Assembly: GCA_051362555.1 (NCBI GenBank)
Contig: CM120647.1
Location: forward strand, 19,010,651-19,074,650
Length of the DNA stretch: 64,000 nucleotides
Reading direction: 5' to 3'
Source of the DNA: Lingula anatina
Taxonomy: Eukaryota > Animalia > Brachiopoda
A program made the position numbers and the translations under genes. Below are positions 39,401 to 51,619 of the stretch, one piece after another. The notes below the pieces were generated by a model. The model made no database searches. It was not told the origin of the DNA and worked only from the letters and a program-made list of their open reading frames with translations. Within the stretch, counting starts at the first letter, position 1; every line of letters begins with the position of its first letter.

Positions 39401-40237
39401 AAAATAGGTATAAGAAACATAAATGACTTGATCGATACAGAGGGAAATTACCTCACATACCAACAGTTCAAGGAAAGGCACGGGAATATAATAAATTATG
39501 TTACGTTCACAAGTATACTATGCGCAGTAAAAAAATTTCAAAAACAAATGAATATAGACAATTTACATGAAAAAATTGAGCTCCCTATAATTTCAACCCA
39601 ACTTAAATGGCTATTAAAATTTACAAAAGGGGGGAAACCTTTTTACAATATTTTGAACTCAAACGAAATGAAAAAGACTAATGCAATGTCAAAATGGGAA
39701 CTCCTTTCTAAAGAACCTCTCACAGCTGAAGAGTGGAAAATCTTGAATAACATTCCTTTCCAATGTACTTTAGATACTAAACTGCGCTGGTTTCAATTTA
39801 GAGTATCAAAAAGAATTTTAGCTACAAATAATTTTTTACGAAAAATTGGGATAAAAGACACAGAGACCTGCTCCTTCTGTAACGAACACCCTGAAACTTT
39901 TCAACACTTATTTATTGAGTGCAAAGTAATTGCTCCCCTTTGGGCAAAAATACAAGACTGGATCCATTTAAAGACTGGACTTGTATTACAATTAACATCA
40001 TCTGATATAATTCTAGGAATTCCAAATTTGAAATGCAATGCGCTCAACAGTTTGCTGATCATAACAAAATTTATTATATATAAATTTAAAATGAAAAACA
40101 TTACCCCGAACATAGAAAATATTAAAATAGAATGGAGACAGGCCTACATCGCAGAGAGAAATATAAGTCTGAGAAACATGACAATAGATAAATTTAATGA
40201 AAAATGGAAAAAGCTGCAGCCTCTCTTCCTGGAATGA
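36401..40237 (+). CDS. L1/Tx1 ORF2p (APE endonuclease, reverse transcriptase, CCHC zinc finger)
   Basis: Open from the TAG at 36398-36400. Motifs: ICSVNCRGL, LQDTH, GDFN, RLDY, SDH, KSPGTDG, RPISLL, DFAKAFD, GCRQGDPISP, QYADD and CSFC..ETFQHLFIEC. Confidence 0.95.
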   Translation: MYTDQIKYKICSVNCRGLGDRNKRLDVFNFLRKKSFSIYCLQDTHSTLSMEKYIAAEWGFKCFFSHGTSNSRGVAILVNNNFEYKIKEVEKDTNGNFIALSMIVDEKDISLINLYGPNNDSPEFFLKIHETIMNFGNQDHIICGDFNLVLNQEKDTYNYKHKNNPKASNQLYTLMELHNWHDIWREMHEDVRQYTWRQPTPFKQARLDYFIVSTTITNYIEDSQIIPGYKSDHSIITLDLQLKRKIKHGKGFWKFNNSHLYESEYADMVKQIINETILEYAAAPYNRDNILNIDRHSLQLTISDGLFLETLLMKIRGKTIAFGARIKKKRESEEKQVENTINDLENDLKNEAELDKKEEILEMINKEKMKLENIRKIKVKGIMIRSKERWIEYGEKPSKYFLALENRNFTNKSITKLVTDNGNILTEQNEILKETARFYENLFKKQNHKSVDIKTRLENIETPKLTEAEASSLEGKINYAELYTVLRQTKNEKSPGTDGFTYEFFKFFWKELNSFLIRCINEAYEKDKLPITLTRGIIVLLPKHNKPTNSLKNLRPISLLNVVYKLASACITNRIKKVLPILINEDQNGFMAGRYIGENTRTIFDLIEYCDVHEIPGLLMQIDFAKAFDSIDWGFIEKTFEFFGFGESIIKWIKLFLKDSSSCVLVNGFASSFFNLSRGCRQGDPISPYLFILCAEILSIMLKNEIDIKGITIHNQTFLISQYADDTTIVLDGTEKSLRNTLKVLNEFSQFSGLQMNNQKTKLNWFGSKKDSQESMCKELNLDWNERFFRILGIDFSVNLHEMIEKNYREKLEDMERTMKQWTHRSLTVLGRNVIFKSLILPKMTHLFSTLPIPNKYVDKIQKMCFNFIWNGNIERVKRDIMTQSYSNGGIKVPDIRNYIDSLKISWLRRIMHKNSKWSFFFLSLIPESKGVHWSEMGMSEMQKIKNGSKNAFWNQVIDAWCRLLKNKKIDTKENFLKECLWLNDKIRIKNNPILIRTCNKIGIRNINDLIDTEGNYLTYQQFKERHGNIINYVTFTSILCAVKKFQKQMNIDNLHEKIELPIISTQLKWLLKFTKGGKPFYNILNSNEMKKTNAMSKWELLSKEPLTAEEWKILNNIPFQCTLDTKLRWFQFRVSKRILATNNFLRKIGIKDTETCSFCNEHPETFQHLFIECKVIAPLWAKIQDWIHLKTGLVLQLTSSDIILGIPNLKCNALNSLLIITKFIIYKFKMKNITPNIENIKIEWRQAYIAERNISLRNMTIDKFNEKWKKLQPLFLE

Positions 40238-40536
40238 TATCTTCTATCTGCGTATGTTCCCCTGCCGATATTTGATAGTAAAACACATATTTGTTTTTAT
40301 CTGTATTAGATCATATTATTTATTAAGTATTATTAAGTATTTTACTATTAGGTTATCAATATATCGTTGTTGACATATATATTAAATGACACAGTAACTA
40401 TATATATATATATATATTGCAAATGACTGAGTGTCTCTTTGTGAGTGAGTGAGTGAGAGAGTGAGTGTGATTTTTATTTAGTTATTTATAAATTTTATAT
40501 TTTTTTGCTGAAATCTGTACTTATTTGAGATTTGCA

Positions 40537-40586
<50 letters not shown>

Positions 40587-41325
40587 TAGAGATTAATGAA
40601 TGTTTTTTTGAAGGGGAGTCAAATTTTCATAGGGGAACCACATTTTCATTATGTGCACATTTTTAATTTTTCTTTTTTTTTATGAAAATTTTCACCTGCA
40701 AACTACAAAAAAGTGCCAATGCATCATCCATTATGCATACTACAAAATCATAGTCATTTACTCAAATAAAATGAGATTAATGAATGTTTTTTTTTTGGGG
40801 GGGAGTCAGAATTTCATAGGGGGAGTCAGATTTTCATTATGAAAATCTGACTGGGGAGTCAGATTTTCATAATGAAAATCTGACTGGGGAGTCACATTTT
40901 AGGGGAGTCAGATTTTCATGGTACACCTGTACCGGTACATAACATTGGTATCCCTTTTACTTGCTTTGACCTCTTCTGAATACAGGTATGTACTCTGCTT
41001 CAAAAGCCGATGCCTTGACTGAGCTTGCAGTTCAAACGTGGGACGTTTTTAATCATTTGGAGACTGGGAAAGGTAATCAAGGACTACTCAGGTGAAATAA
41101 TGTCGAAGAAATTTCCTTAAATTTCTACAAAGTGTTCCACGTCGGCGATTGCCTTTTTCCACATTGGGTTTTAGAGAACACCGTATGAAATCGTCTTTAT
41201 TGCCGGCGTGCCTCTGAAAGCTTAGTATAGCTGCTGACAGTAGAGATGTGGGCTCCACTGTCCTCTAAAATCCCTTAAAATTTTGTTTGTGTCAACTCCA
41301 TATTGTCACTTTAAAATTTCAGAAG

Positions 41326-42405
41326 ATGACTACATTTGCCATTTTTGCGTTAGTTGCCTTGGGTCTGGCAACTTTAATGGAGAAAGCTGAATCTGACTGT
41401 TGTGGCTCGAAGGAAGCGGGGTTCTGCGCAGACTGCTCGAAGGTGAGTCCACTAGTACCGGGGTATTTGCCCGGGAAGTGCATTCAGAACACATTCAAAA
41501 CACAGGAATGACATCAGGCGAAAAATGACACCATACATTTTGGTTGTAAATGTACAACAAATCTAGAAGTCCATCTTTCTATTGTTAATTGAAGTTCGAT
41601 ACTTAAATAGTCGTCATGAAATAATTATGTACGCACTGTATGTGTGTGTCTGCGCGTTTGTATGCGTGTGCAGTGTTTGTGCGCGTGTAGGAGGAGGGGC
41701 TGGGCAGAGAGAAAGAGAGAGGGAGAGAGATAGTAATTAATTCGCGATTTCCATTCCAGGGAACCCCTTACTGTTCATATGGAAAATGTAACATATTTGG
41801 CTGCAAGTGTGAACGTTCATGTAGAAGCGACTGCGGCTCGGTCTTCACGTAAGATGTTTCTCTTGCTATAAATACTTGGAATGAACTTAAAGAAATACAT
41901 CATGTACATGTACATGTACATGTACATCTTTTAAAAATACACAAGATATTCACACATATTTCTATTCTGCGTACATTTCTGACTACATGTACCAGTAAAA
42001 ATAAATAAATGAAATAACCATAGTAAAATATTGATAGAAAAACAAAAATAAAAATAAATAAATAAATGAACACTTGTAATAATAACAACAAGGAATAGAT
42101 AAACAATACAGTGACCTTATCATCCGCTTGACACCTGGAAGAGAGTGTCCTTGTCAAAGTTAATGCAATAAACACGAGATTCTCGCATTATTTGCAGATA
42201 CGCACATCAAGGATGGCTGAAGAGACCCGACGATAGATGCACATGTACGAACGAAGGGAGGAGAAGGGACGCTGAGGACTTTGAGGACCAGAATGTTGAA
42301 GACCAGGAAGATGAGGACCAGGGTGATGAAGACCAGGATGATCAAGGCGAAAACCTGGATCCAAATGAAGTGTTTGACACGATTGACAGAGATGGGTATG
42401 TTTAA
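41326..42405 (+). CDS. Mytimycin-like precursor, copy C, lacking its own EF-hand exon; exons 41326..41442, 41760..41848, 42198..42395 (read-through stop at 42403-42405)
   Basis: MTTFAIFALVALGLATLMEKAES-DCCGSKEAGFCADCSK|GTPYCSYGKCNIFGCKCERSCRSDCGSVFT|YAHQGWLKRPDDRCTCTNEGRRR-DAEDF..VFDTIDRDG(YV*). No exon-4 homolog was found before copy D. Confidence 0.8.
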
Positions 42406-44164
42406 ACTTTGGATGCTTGTACTTTCTACACGCACACTCACGCGCTCACAGAAACACGTGTAAACATAAAATGAACGTGCATATACCGGTACAAGTACCA
42501 ACACCATCAACCTCACATGCCAAACCAACCTCACACGTGCACATAGACACAAACTGCGGCACTTACATGTACAGGGGTATATTAATAGGGTAGGGTAATT
42601 AATAACTTTTTTTAAGATATCTCTCCATGAACAGGTGATTTTAGAGGCAAAATGGGCCAAAGATTTCATTTCTGATGAGAAATTTGAGCTAACTATAGGA
42701 GCACTCTTTAGGTCGGTAATTTTACTATTTTTGGAAATGCATACAAAGCATATGTTTTTCATGTACAGTAACTGTAGTAATTATATGCACGTATATAATT
42801 ATTTTGAAAAAGGTTGAGTGAAACAAATTTTTTGATGAGCGAGTGATTTCTATGGCCAAAAAAAAGGATGCTTAACACACAGGTGTATCTGTTTTTTTTT
42901 TTTTTTTTTTTTTTGAAAACAGCCATTTAGGTTGGTAAAATTACAATTTTCAAAATGGCGGACAAAACCCTAACAAGAATTTCAACATCGACAATTAAAG
43001 GACCTATAGTGTGTAAGATGCCCTTTTCATATGTTTTAAGGTTGTAAAATATATTTTAATTTAATTTTCCATAGGCCCACTACATGTACATCTTAGAGTC
43101 ACCTGTGTTATCACGTGATCTACCAAGTGGCTTTCAAAGACAGTCGCCGTTGCTGACAGCTGATTAATCAATGGAGTCGTGGGCGTAAGTTTTCCCCTAC
43201 ATGTAGCTTACATTCTTTTTTTTTTACCAAGCAGATCCAGAGGTTTAATTTTTAGGGTTGTAAACGGGGTTTTATAGCATTTTAACATCAGTCGATTCCC
43301 TTTTACGCATTTTAAGATATCAGAACTTAAATCAAATCACTGATTCAAGTTTGTTTGACACACTGCTTTTTTAAGAGTTATGCATTCCCTACATTGTCCA
43401 TGTTATAATTCATTGGCTTAATATATCTTTATCTCCTCAAATAAGTTCCATAAATCATCTGGTTGTTAAGATTTCTTTTGTATAGAAGGATGGAACTTGC
43501 TATAAATTAACGCGTTACTTATCAAATTAATACTATTGAATTCAGCGATTGATTTTTTTTACAGAACAAGCACCGTTTACTCTCATCCATCTTTATTAAA
43601 GATTTCGAACACATCACTTCGGTCCGTATCTCATCATCCTCGGCTGCCCTTGATGTTCGTTTAGAACACGTACAATAGGATATCTCTCCCCGCCAAAACC
43701 CACAGGGAATAACATTGTGCATATAAAAAGCGAAAGTGGTTCGTTGGAGCAAGTTGGCTAGGATAATTTAAAAGAGCAATTATCTCCCCATGTACATTAT
43801 CGCCCAACGTTGAGTTTTTTATTATCATTATCGATTTTAACCTATATCTATATTATGTCATTTCATTTTTTTTCTTATTTTTCAGGGAGCGTGATAGATG
43901 ACATCAGTAAGACTGCGTTTAGTTCAAGGAGACACCATACCACTTTTATTCTTTCATTTTTATATATACAACATCAGTACGATGATCATTAAAAAATGGA
44001 CAATTAATTAATAAATGAATCTCATCCTCAACTCAACCTGAGAGATTATCTTAAATGCACGGGTTTCACTTGATACAAGAAGTCTTATAATATACGAGAA
44101 CAACTAATTTTTATAAGTAGTTCATCGTAACTTTTAATTTTTACACATTTCCCCTAAGAATATA

Positions 44165-45819
44165 CAGACTTGACATTTAATATGGAATATTTCAGTTTCG
44201 AAGGTATACCTAGGTAAAAATACGTTCTTTTTTCAAAAAACTCCGATCTCATATAAGATTTGTGAATTTAAAAGTGTGCAGTCAGGTGTGTCACTACCAA
44301 TTAACTGACTTTCATGCCTGTTGCGCTGCTACATTATGTAATTTGCAGTGATTTAATTGGGTAGTGTTCCTTTGGGCTGATCAAAGCTTGGCTTAGGCAA
44401 AGCTTGGTTCTGTCAAAAAAAAAACCATATTTCGGCAACTACTGCATAGAAGAATTTGAAATTTTGCATGCAAGCGGTCAGTTTTGCAGTGCGTAAAATG
44501 AGCCAAGTAGTGCATTACAAATTTGTTAATCTAAGGCAGAATGGCGCGAAAAAGACAAACATAACCAGACAGATCATAGCGCCAAACGGAACGGTCCCCA
44601 CAGTTTTATAGAGTAATGCCCAGACTGATGTACCTGCACAGAGGTGACCCCCAATGTATCAAAATTTAACCTACAGGGTACAGGACCCACTGTCTTTCGG
44701 TATACGCTGCTGCAACTCAACAAAAAACACTTAGTCCGTTCAGAACGAGGGGTAAATTGCCACTAAAATGCATTTTTCAAAGCCCTTAGCAAACACTAAA
44801 CTGGTTTTAGCAGGTAAGAACACCAAATGACCTCCGAGGTACCCACTGTATACAGCAAAACATCGTCGTCTGTTTCTCTAATGAATTGGGGGCCATGAAT
44901 CTGGGTAGAACACTGAAACTGCGTGGTTTTCTTTATTGAGGTCAGATTTCACCTGTACCGCCCAATTAGTCAAAACAGAGTTTACAGATATCCAGAAGAG
45001 GCCTACGACGAAGCATATGCCGGGTCTAAAGTGACAAGGGTGATTGACAGCGTCAGTATTTGGAGTAGATTCCACATTGCCAAAACACCAACGGTAGTCA
45101 TCGACGAAAACCTGAACCAGATCAAATAAAGGAATAATCTCGGAACCACTTGACTATCATTTGATAGGGGGCACCTTAGGAACAATTCTAGGTTGCACGA
45201 TGAGGTTGCAGGTTCACACAGAGCACTTTTAATAGCAGATAACTTACAGAACCAAGGGAATAAGCAGCTACCCTGGTCATCAAAATCGCCACATTTGAAC
45301 CACATAGGCAATATTTCGGTAGACCATTACTCACCAATCAACTGCCTACATGTCCTACAACAAAACTGGACCAGATTGGACAATTTTAGACCGATGCCTG
45401 GAATGCTATTTCAGATTGACCTCTTAAAACCTACCCCCAAGAAATGCCTTGCCGCTTGAGAGCGCTGGCAACAGCCACGAAGAGGCCAGGCGTAACAACG
45501 ACCATTACTGTGACTAGCAACTGACATGAGGGTCTTTTGTGGAGCGTATTACCCTTTTACAGACGATAATTTGGAAAATATGGAGATCTAAAATATCTCT
45601 TTTAATGGGAGTCGTATGACATGGAATAGGCAACGTGTTTTTGTTTGCTTCTCTGGCGAATTCCATTAATGAACTGATGTCACAATGACATCAAAGAGAT
45701 AATTTAAAGTTATTAAAACACGATTTTAATCCTTATTTTCATTTATCAGTCAGCAAAATAGGAAAAAACTGATAAAAAATTATTTCGAAAAAAATATTCC
45801 ATATTAAATGTCAAGTCTG
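44165..45819 (+). mobile_element. Decayed Tc1/mariner DNA transposon (1.65 kb)
   Basis: TA|CAGACTTGACATTTAATATGGAATATTT ... AAATATTCCATATTAAATGTCAAGTCTG|TA. The relic LPWSSKSPHLNHI corresponds to the WPxxSPDLNPIE motif. The paralogous empty site is at about 53230. Confidence 0.85.
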
Positions 45820-45820
45820 T

Positions 45821-46860
45821 ATTTCAATTATTCATTACGATTCTCCATTCATTCTGCATTGCATTCCCGTATACAGTAGATCAAAGTAGTTTCTGAATCA
45901 AAAGGTGTTAGTACCAGTATTGTAATGTGCGTTTTCAATAACAGACGTATGAGACGCTTTCATAGTAAAACCCTCATACAGACATTCAGTCCGTCAGTAT
46001 AATTTTTGTTTGGGTGGATATATGAATGTGAAGGTTGTCAAACTTTGTCAGTTGTGCTTAAAAGTTATAAAAGTTGTGTTGGCTTTCTATTAAAAAAGAG
46101 AATTGTTCACATTTCACACAAAAGGTCAACACCATCTTCAATTTGGTTTTAACATCACGCGTTTCTTCTTTGGTGGCACCATTTGTTTCCAGTCCATTTT
46201 ATCGTTGCACGCCTTTTTTTCTGGGAACTGGTTGGAAGGGAAAATAATAGGACAATTCACGTTCACAGTGTTATATTTTTCCGTAATCTGTTATGAAATA
46301 CTGGAAATATTACCTTGCGAACGGGAGTTGTCCTTCTTTTCCCTCGCAACCTGTTCCCAGAAAAAAAGTCAAGCAATTAGAAAATGGATTGAGAAACATA
46401 GGGTGCTACCAAAAAAGAAACAACAAAGAAGTAGAAGAAAGGTTTATAATTACTGTCATGGTCGAGTGGTTGCTCTAAGAAATTAGTAAATGCGTGGTGT
46501 TAAAATCAAATGGAAGATAATGTTGACGTTTTTTGTGAAATTTGAACAATTCTGCTTCTTTAGTAGAAAGCCCACACACGTTTTATAACTTTTGAGATGA
46601 ATTTACAAAGTTTGGCAACCTTCACATTTATATCTCCACCCAGACTAAAACAAAATCAGTTAAACTGACGGATTGAGTGCCTAGACGTATGAGGGTTTTA
46701 CTATGAAAGCGTCTCATACATCTGTCATTGTAAAGGCACATTACGATACTGGTACTAACAACTTTTGATACAGAAACTACTTTGATCTACTGTATACGGC
46801 AATGCAATGTAGAACGAATGGAGAATCGTGTGAATAATTGAAATACATTCTTAGGGGGAA
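45821..46860. repeat. Long imperfect palindrome centred near 46290, built from the cluster-specific repeat (the left arm continues at 44040-44164 beyond the Tc1)
   Basis: cattcccgtatacagtagatcaaagtagtttctg (about 45862) mirrors cagaaactactttgatctactgtatacggcaatg (about 46771); ttttttctgggaactggttg mirrors caacctgttcccagaaaaaa. Confidence 0.75.
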
Positions 46861-47835
46861 ATATGTGTAAATTAAAAGTTACGATGAACTACTTATAAAA
46901 TGTAATAGTTCTCGTACATCACAGGGCTACTTCTATCAAATGAAACCCGTGCATTTGAGGTAATCTCTCTCTCTCTCTCTCTCTCTATTTGAAAAACTAT
47001 TACTAAAATAGATCCTTTTTGTCTTCCAAGTTTTGATTGAAACTACCGTCAATCTCAAACCTCCTTTCACTGCACAATTATTGCTCAGGTTGATGGAAAT
47101 TATTAACAAATTCATTTTATTTACCCCAATACACCAATAACCTTAATCTGTACAAATCATATGGCAGCCGCACTTCATTCTTACCCGGTAGGACGTCCAT
47201 TCCTGTTACACCGCGCCTGACTTAACCACCCTCTGCTTGTACGTTTTTCCTGTAATGGTTATCAAACGCAATAATAAGAAATATTTTCTATCAAAACATC
47301 GATGAACTTTCAAGAATTTGAACCTGCAAACAAATATCAAACGTGCAGCAGCTCCTGTGCTTTTATATGTTGTAGGTAAACAGGCAACATGTATTCCACT
47401 TCACCGGTGCAACTAAACAGAATACAGTGTCACCACGTTTTTCGCCTAGCTTTGGGGGTTTTCAGTTTTAAAAAAAATGTCATCAGACCTCTGAATCCTT
47501 TGATTCGTTGATGAATCGATGATGTTATGTCTAATGATCACGTTCAACAGAATGAAGAAAGATTTTTAAAATGCACATTCATAAAACCTAAAGATGTATT
47601 GTCTTTGTGATGAAAAAAATTTCCACAAATGGAAAGCAGTCTCAATAATCTTTCTAGGTATTGCCGAATCAGTCGGTTAATGATAATCCAGACTAAGGCA
47701 AATCATTGTAAAATGCCTGTACCAGTACAAACCTTTAATGTCCGTTACAAATGCTTTGATCTCTCGAGGATACAGCTGTTTACACTACTTCAAAATCCGC
47801 TGCCTTGACCTAGCTTGCACTGCTGTTGAAAACGG

Positions 47836-47910
47836 TATAAATACTTCATACTGTGGACGTTTTTCAATCATTTCGAGACTGAGAGAGAAGTAATCAAGGA
47901 TCACTTAGGT
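47836..47910 (+). promoter_or_regulatory. TATA box, Inr-like TCATTT and short non-coding exon 1 of copy D (donor TAG|GTAAAA at about 47909)
   Basis: gTATAAATA, then TCATTT about 30 nt downstream. The same block is at about 62934 (E) and on the minus strand at about 23240 and 30050 (A, B). Every ATG is immediately preceded by a splice acceptor. Confidence 0.6.
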
Positions 47911-48140
47911 AAAAATTCTGTCGATGAAATTTAATTAAAATGCTGCATAGTATGTCAGGACGCCGATTGCCCTTTTGCACATTGGGTTTTAGAGAACATC
48001 GTATGAATTCTCTAGTCTTTACTGTCGGCTGACAGTATAGTATAGCTGTTGACAGAATAGAATTGAGCTCCAGTGTCCTCTGAAATTTCGTAAGTTTTGT
48101 CTTTTTGTCAACTCCATATTGTCACTTCACATTTTAGAAG

Positions 48141-50038
48141 ATGACTACCTTTGCTACTTTTGCATTTATTGGATTGGTTCTGGCAGCTTTAATACAGCAA
48201 GCTGAATCTCTCTGCTGTGGCAAAGGGAAGAGGGGTTTCTGCGCAGACTGCACGAAGGTGGGTCTACTAGAACCGGTGTATTAACCGGGGTATTTTCTCG
48301 GGAAGTGCATACGTAACACATACACAACACATGTATGGTATAAGGTGAACTTAGCATTACAAAGAAAAAATGACACCGTACATTTAAGTTATTGAAATTG
48401 AAATGCAATACGTAAATGGTCGCCTGGAAACCATTATGTACGTGTGTGTGTACCCGTGTGTTTGTATGCGTGCGCCGTGTTGGTGAGCGTGTGTAGGAGG
48501 AGGATTGAGCAGAGAGAAAGAGAGAGGGAGAGAGAGATTAATTAATTCACGATTTACATTTCAGGCATCCCCTCACTGTTCATATGGGAAATGTAACTCA
48601 TTTGGTTGCGCGTGTGATAGTCCATGCAGAAGTGACTGCGGTGCGGCCATCTTGTAAGATCAAGTCGCTCTCTCTTTCTCTTGCTTTAATACAACCAATG
48701 GCTTGAAATGAATTTCACGAAAAACGTCATGTACATATTTATAAAATATCACAAGACATTCACATATACAGGTATTTCCCTGGCTATTCTGCGTACATTT
48801 TTGTGTTAGTTACAGTAAAAATTAGTAAATGAAATAACCAGAGTAAAATAAAGATAGGAAAACAATAAATGAATGAATGAAAATAAGTAAATATTAACAA
48901 CAAGAAATAGGTTAATAAAATAGTGAATTCATCATCCACCTGACATCATGAAGAGAGTGTTCTTGTCAAAGTCAATGTAATAAATACGAGATCGTTGCAT
49001 TATATGCACAGTTTCATGTACATACGTCAAGGCTCGACGATGAGACCCTACGCCAGTTGCAGATGTACGAATAACGGGAGGAAAAGGGATGTTGAGGACA
49101 AGGAAGTTGAGGACCAGGAAGACGAGGACCAGGCTGGTGAGGACCAGGATGATCAGGGAGAAAACTGGGGTCCAAAAGAAATGTTTAACGCGATTGATAC
49201 AGACGGGTGAGTTTGAACTGTGGATGCTATTACTTGATTACTACACGCACGCATGCACACACGAAAAGAATCACGTGTAAACATTAACATGAACGTGCAG
49301 ATGTCGGTACTAGTACCAACACCGTCAACTTCACATGCCACCCAATCACGCATGTTCACATACATGTAGACCCATACTGTGGCTTTCAGATGTACATGAA
49401 AATTACATAAGCCTAATACAAATTTACGTTTCAACTGTTTTGATATTTACGAACTTTTTTATTCGTCTCTCAAGGCAAATTATTCAGATCAAATGTTGTT
49501 GTTTTTTTCACAACAGGTGTTTTAGGGGCCTGTTCCAGGTTCGTTAAACTAAATCAAGAATTTCTCCCAACTCCTTGGTTAAACATGGAGCTTCACTCGC
49601 TTTCACAAGTTTGCTTTCTTCAGAATTTTAACCTGGTACACGCGCCCATAACACATAAAATATGGCGTAACTGAGTGTAAATCAGTTTAAAAATGTTAGT
49701 CTCTTATAGTAGCTGACCGTGTCTAGCGTGGTTCACTGTCATTGTAACCAGATTATTCAACCGCAAATCTACGAAAATATAACACTTCATGTGAAGAGCT
49801 TGAGAAAAAAAGCCTAAGATAAACACTTTTCGGCTTCGTTAAGGCTTCCTCTGTCGCGTGGCCTACCGCACGTAGCGTTTATCGGGTTTTGTTATGTTTT
49901 AGAGATGGTTATATAAACGTGGATGAGTTCAGCAATGTCCTACAGGGATACACAGATATTAACGCTGCATTTGACGACATGGACGCCAATGATGACGGCA
50001 AGATTGATCGCAAAGAGTTCGACCCTGATCTGCAATAG
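48141..50038 (+). CDS. Mytimycin-like precursor, copy D (178 aa); join(48141..48257,48565..48653,49012..49206,49903..50038)
   Basis: MTTFATFAFIGLVLAALIQQAES-LCCGKGKRGFCADCTK|ASPHCSYGKCNSFGCACDSPCRSDCGAAIF|FMYIRQGSTMRPYASCRCTNNGRKR-DVED..FNAIDTDG|DGYINVDEFSNVLQGYTDINAAFDDMDANDDGKIDRKEFDPDLQ*. Confidence 0.9.
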
Positions 50039-50420
50039 CTCTGAAAAAGGACTACAAACAGTGTTTCACGTTTTCCTCCCTTTATTGACATTAGAAATAT
50101 ACCTTTATATCACATGGAATGAACTTTGGAATTTCTTGGTAAATTAGAATGTGGAATTATGTGAAATAAAATGATAGTGCTGTTTATATGAAATTCAGAG
50201 AGCAATGCGACTTGTACTGTCACGATTTATTTTTCAGTTTCTGGCACAAGTTTCTGCCCCTTGTGAACTGATACCATTTGTTAAATATGTCCAGAGGTTG
50301 TAAGGTGTGAAGCATTTTGCAATTTGAGGAGAAAGTTTATTCAACTTTCTTACTTTTACCTGACGTTTTACAAAGTTTGAAAACCTTCACACTTAAATAA
50401 AACAGTATATAATGATAGAA

Positions 50421-50451
<31 letters not shown>

Positions 50452-50797
50452 AATAAAACCTTTCTCTGAGATAGTCTGAAACAGAGATATGGGGAATTTA
50501 CTTCGATAGCGGCTCGTCTATTTCTAAAGCGCATTGAACAATACTGGTAGTTAGCATACTTTGATCTGCACGAGAATGAAATACGCTAAGAACGAAGAAT
50601 TATAATACAGTATCAACGTAAAATGGATAATTCTTTTTCTACACAAAGTAGTGTTTAAATGGAAAGCACTATGCCCTTCTCAAACATAGAACTACCGGTA
50701 TAGTCTTAAGTTTTTAGTCTTAAGACCCATGTCACTTATGTAGAAAGACTACATAAGGTCTAGTTATGTAGAATAAAATATAAAGTGAGAAAAACGC

Positions 50798-50839
<42 letters not shown>

Positions 50840-51582
50840 CATAGATATAATCTCAAGTCCCATGTCATTTGGATAGGTCTACTTATGAAGAAAGATATAT
50901 AGAGAATGAGAGAGATATAAAGAGATACAGAGAGAGAGAGACAGAGAGAGAAAGAAAAAGAGAAAGGTTGACATTAGTAATTGATTTCTAGAAACGTCAT
51001 TTCAAGATGTTTATTATTATTATTATTATTATTATTACATTGATGGAAAAAAGGCAAGAAAATGACATTTGTCCTTATGAAAAATAATGGAGCGAACAGT
51101 TTAGGAGAGTAGCCACATGCTTTTGATTAATTAAATGTCCTTGTGTGAAATGAATGGTAGTCGTATAATGCCCATATCAAACTCAAAATAATGAGGTTTG
51201 GCGACGAAATTTTACTGAAAACTCCTAAATCTAGATTAAAAGCTTATGATGTCATGTCTTGAATTATCTCACAACACAGGTATTTCTATTAAACCTATTA
51301 TTATACAAATTTATCATAAATGCAATGAATTTGAAAACCGCAAGCTAATTTATTGCTTCAAATATGCAGACGAGGAATGAGTTTTGGTGGAAATATGCAT
51401 CACGTTGCCCCTTCCTATTTCTCCAAAAAGATTAGAAATCGAGTTAGTGAAATCGAATGTGTCAAAAAAAGGGCAGTGTTTAATTCATCCCAGCTAAGAT
51501 AGCCATTTCTAAGACGAAAAAAATGTAACACCGTATTTATGAATAATATAAGCAGTGGTTTGCGTAATGGACTCTGTCTTGC

Positions 51583-51619
<37 letters not shown>

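Larger units (their letters stand above)
34700..40580 (+). mobile_element. Full-length L1/Tx1-clade retrotransposon
   Basis: TSD attaattagaga (34688-34699 and 40581-40592), two ORFs, and AATAAA running into a long polyA tail. Confidence 0.95.
33415..40929. mobile_element. Foldback-type TIR element (about 1.6 kb net) with long modular inverted repeats, interrupted by the L1/Tx1
   Basis: ccggtgtaacatgaaaatctgactccc at the left end vs gggagtcagattttcatggtacacctg at the right. About 180-bp subrepeats at 33470-34030 are mirrored at 34500-34690 and 40590-40930. Confidence 0.8.

Noticed and set aside
34973-40113. Minus-strand ORFs of 70-255 aa within the L1
   Set aside because: Antisense shadows of ORF1 and ORF2 with no motifs.
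41459-41475. kappaB-like GGGGTATTTGCC / GGGGAATTTC motifs at the start of intron 1 in C, D and E
   Set aside because: Imperfect consensus, explained by shared ancestry and not evident in A or B; too weak to call.
41443-41511. Read-through of exon 1 (VSPLVPGYLPGKC...; also in E) as a single-exon peptide
   Set aside because: A donor is conserved at the same position in all copies and splicing restores the 12-Cys framework.
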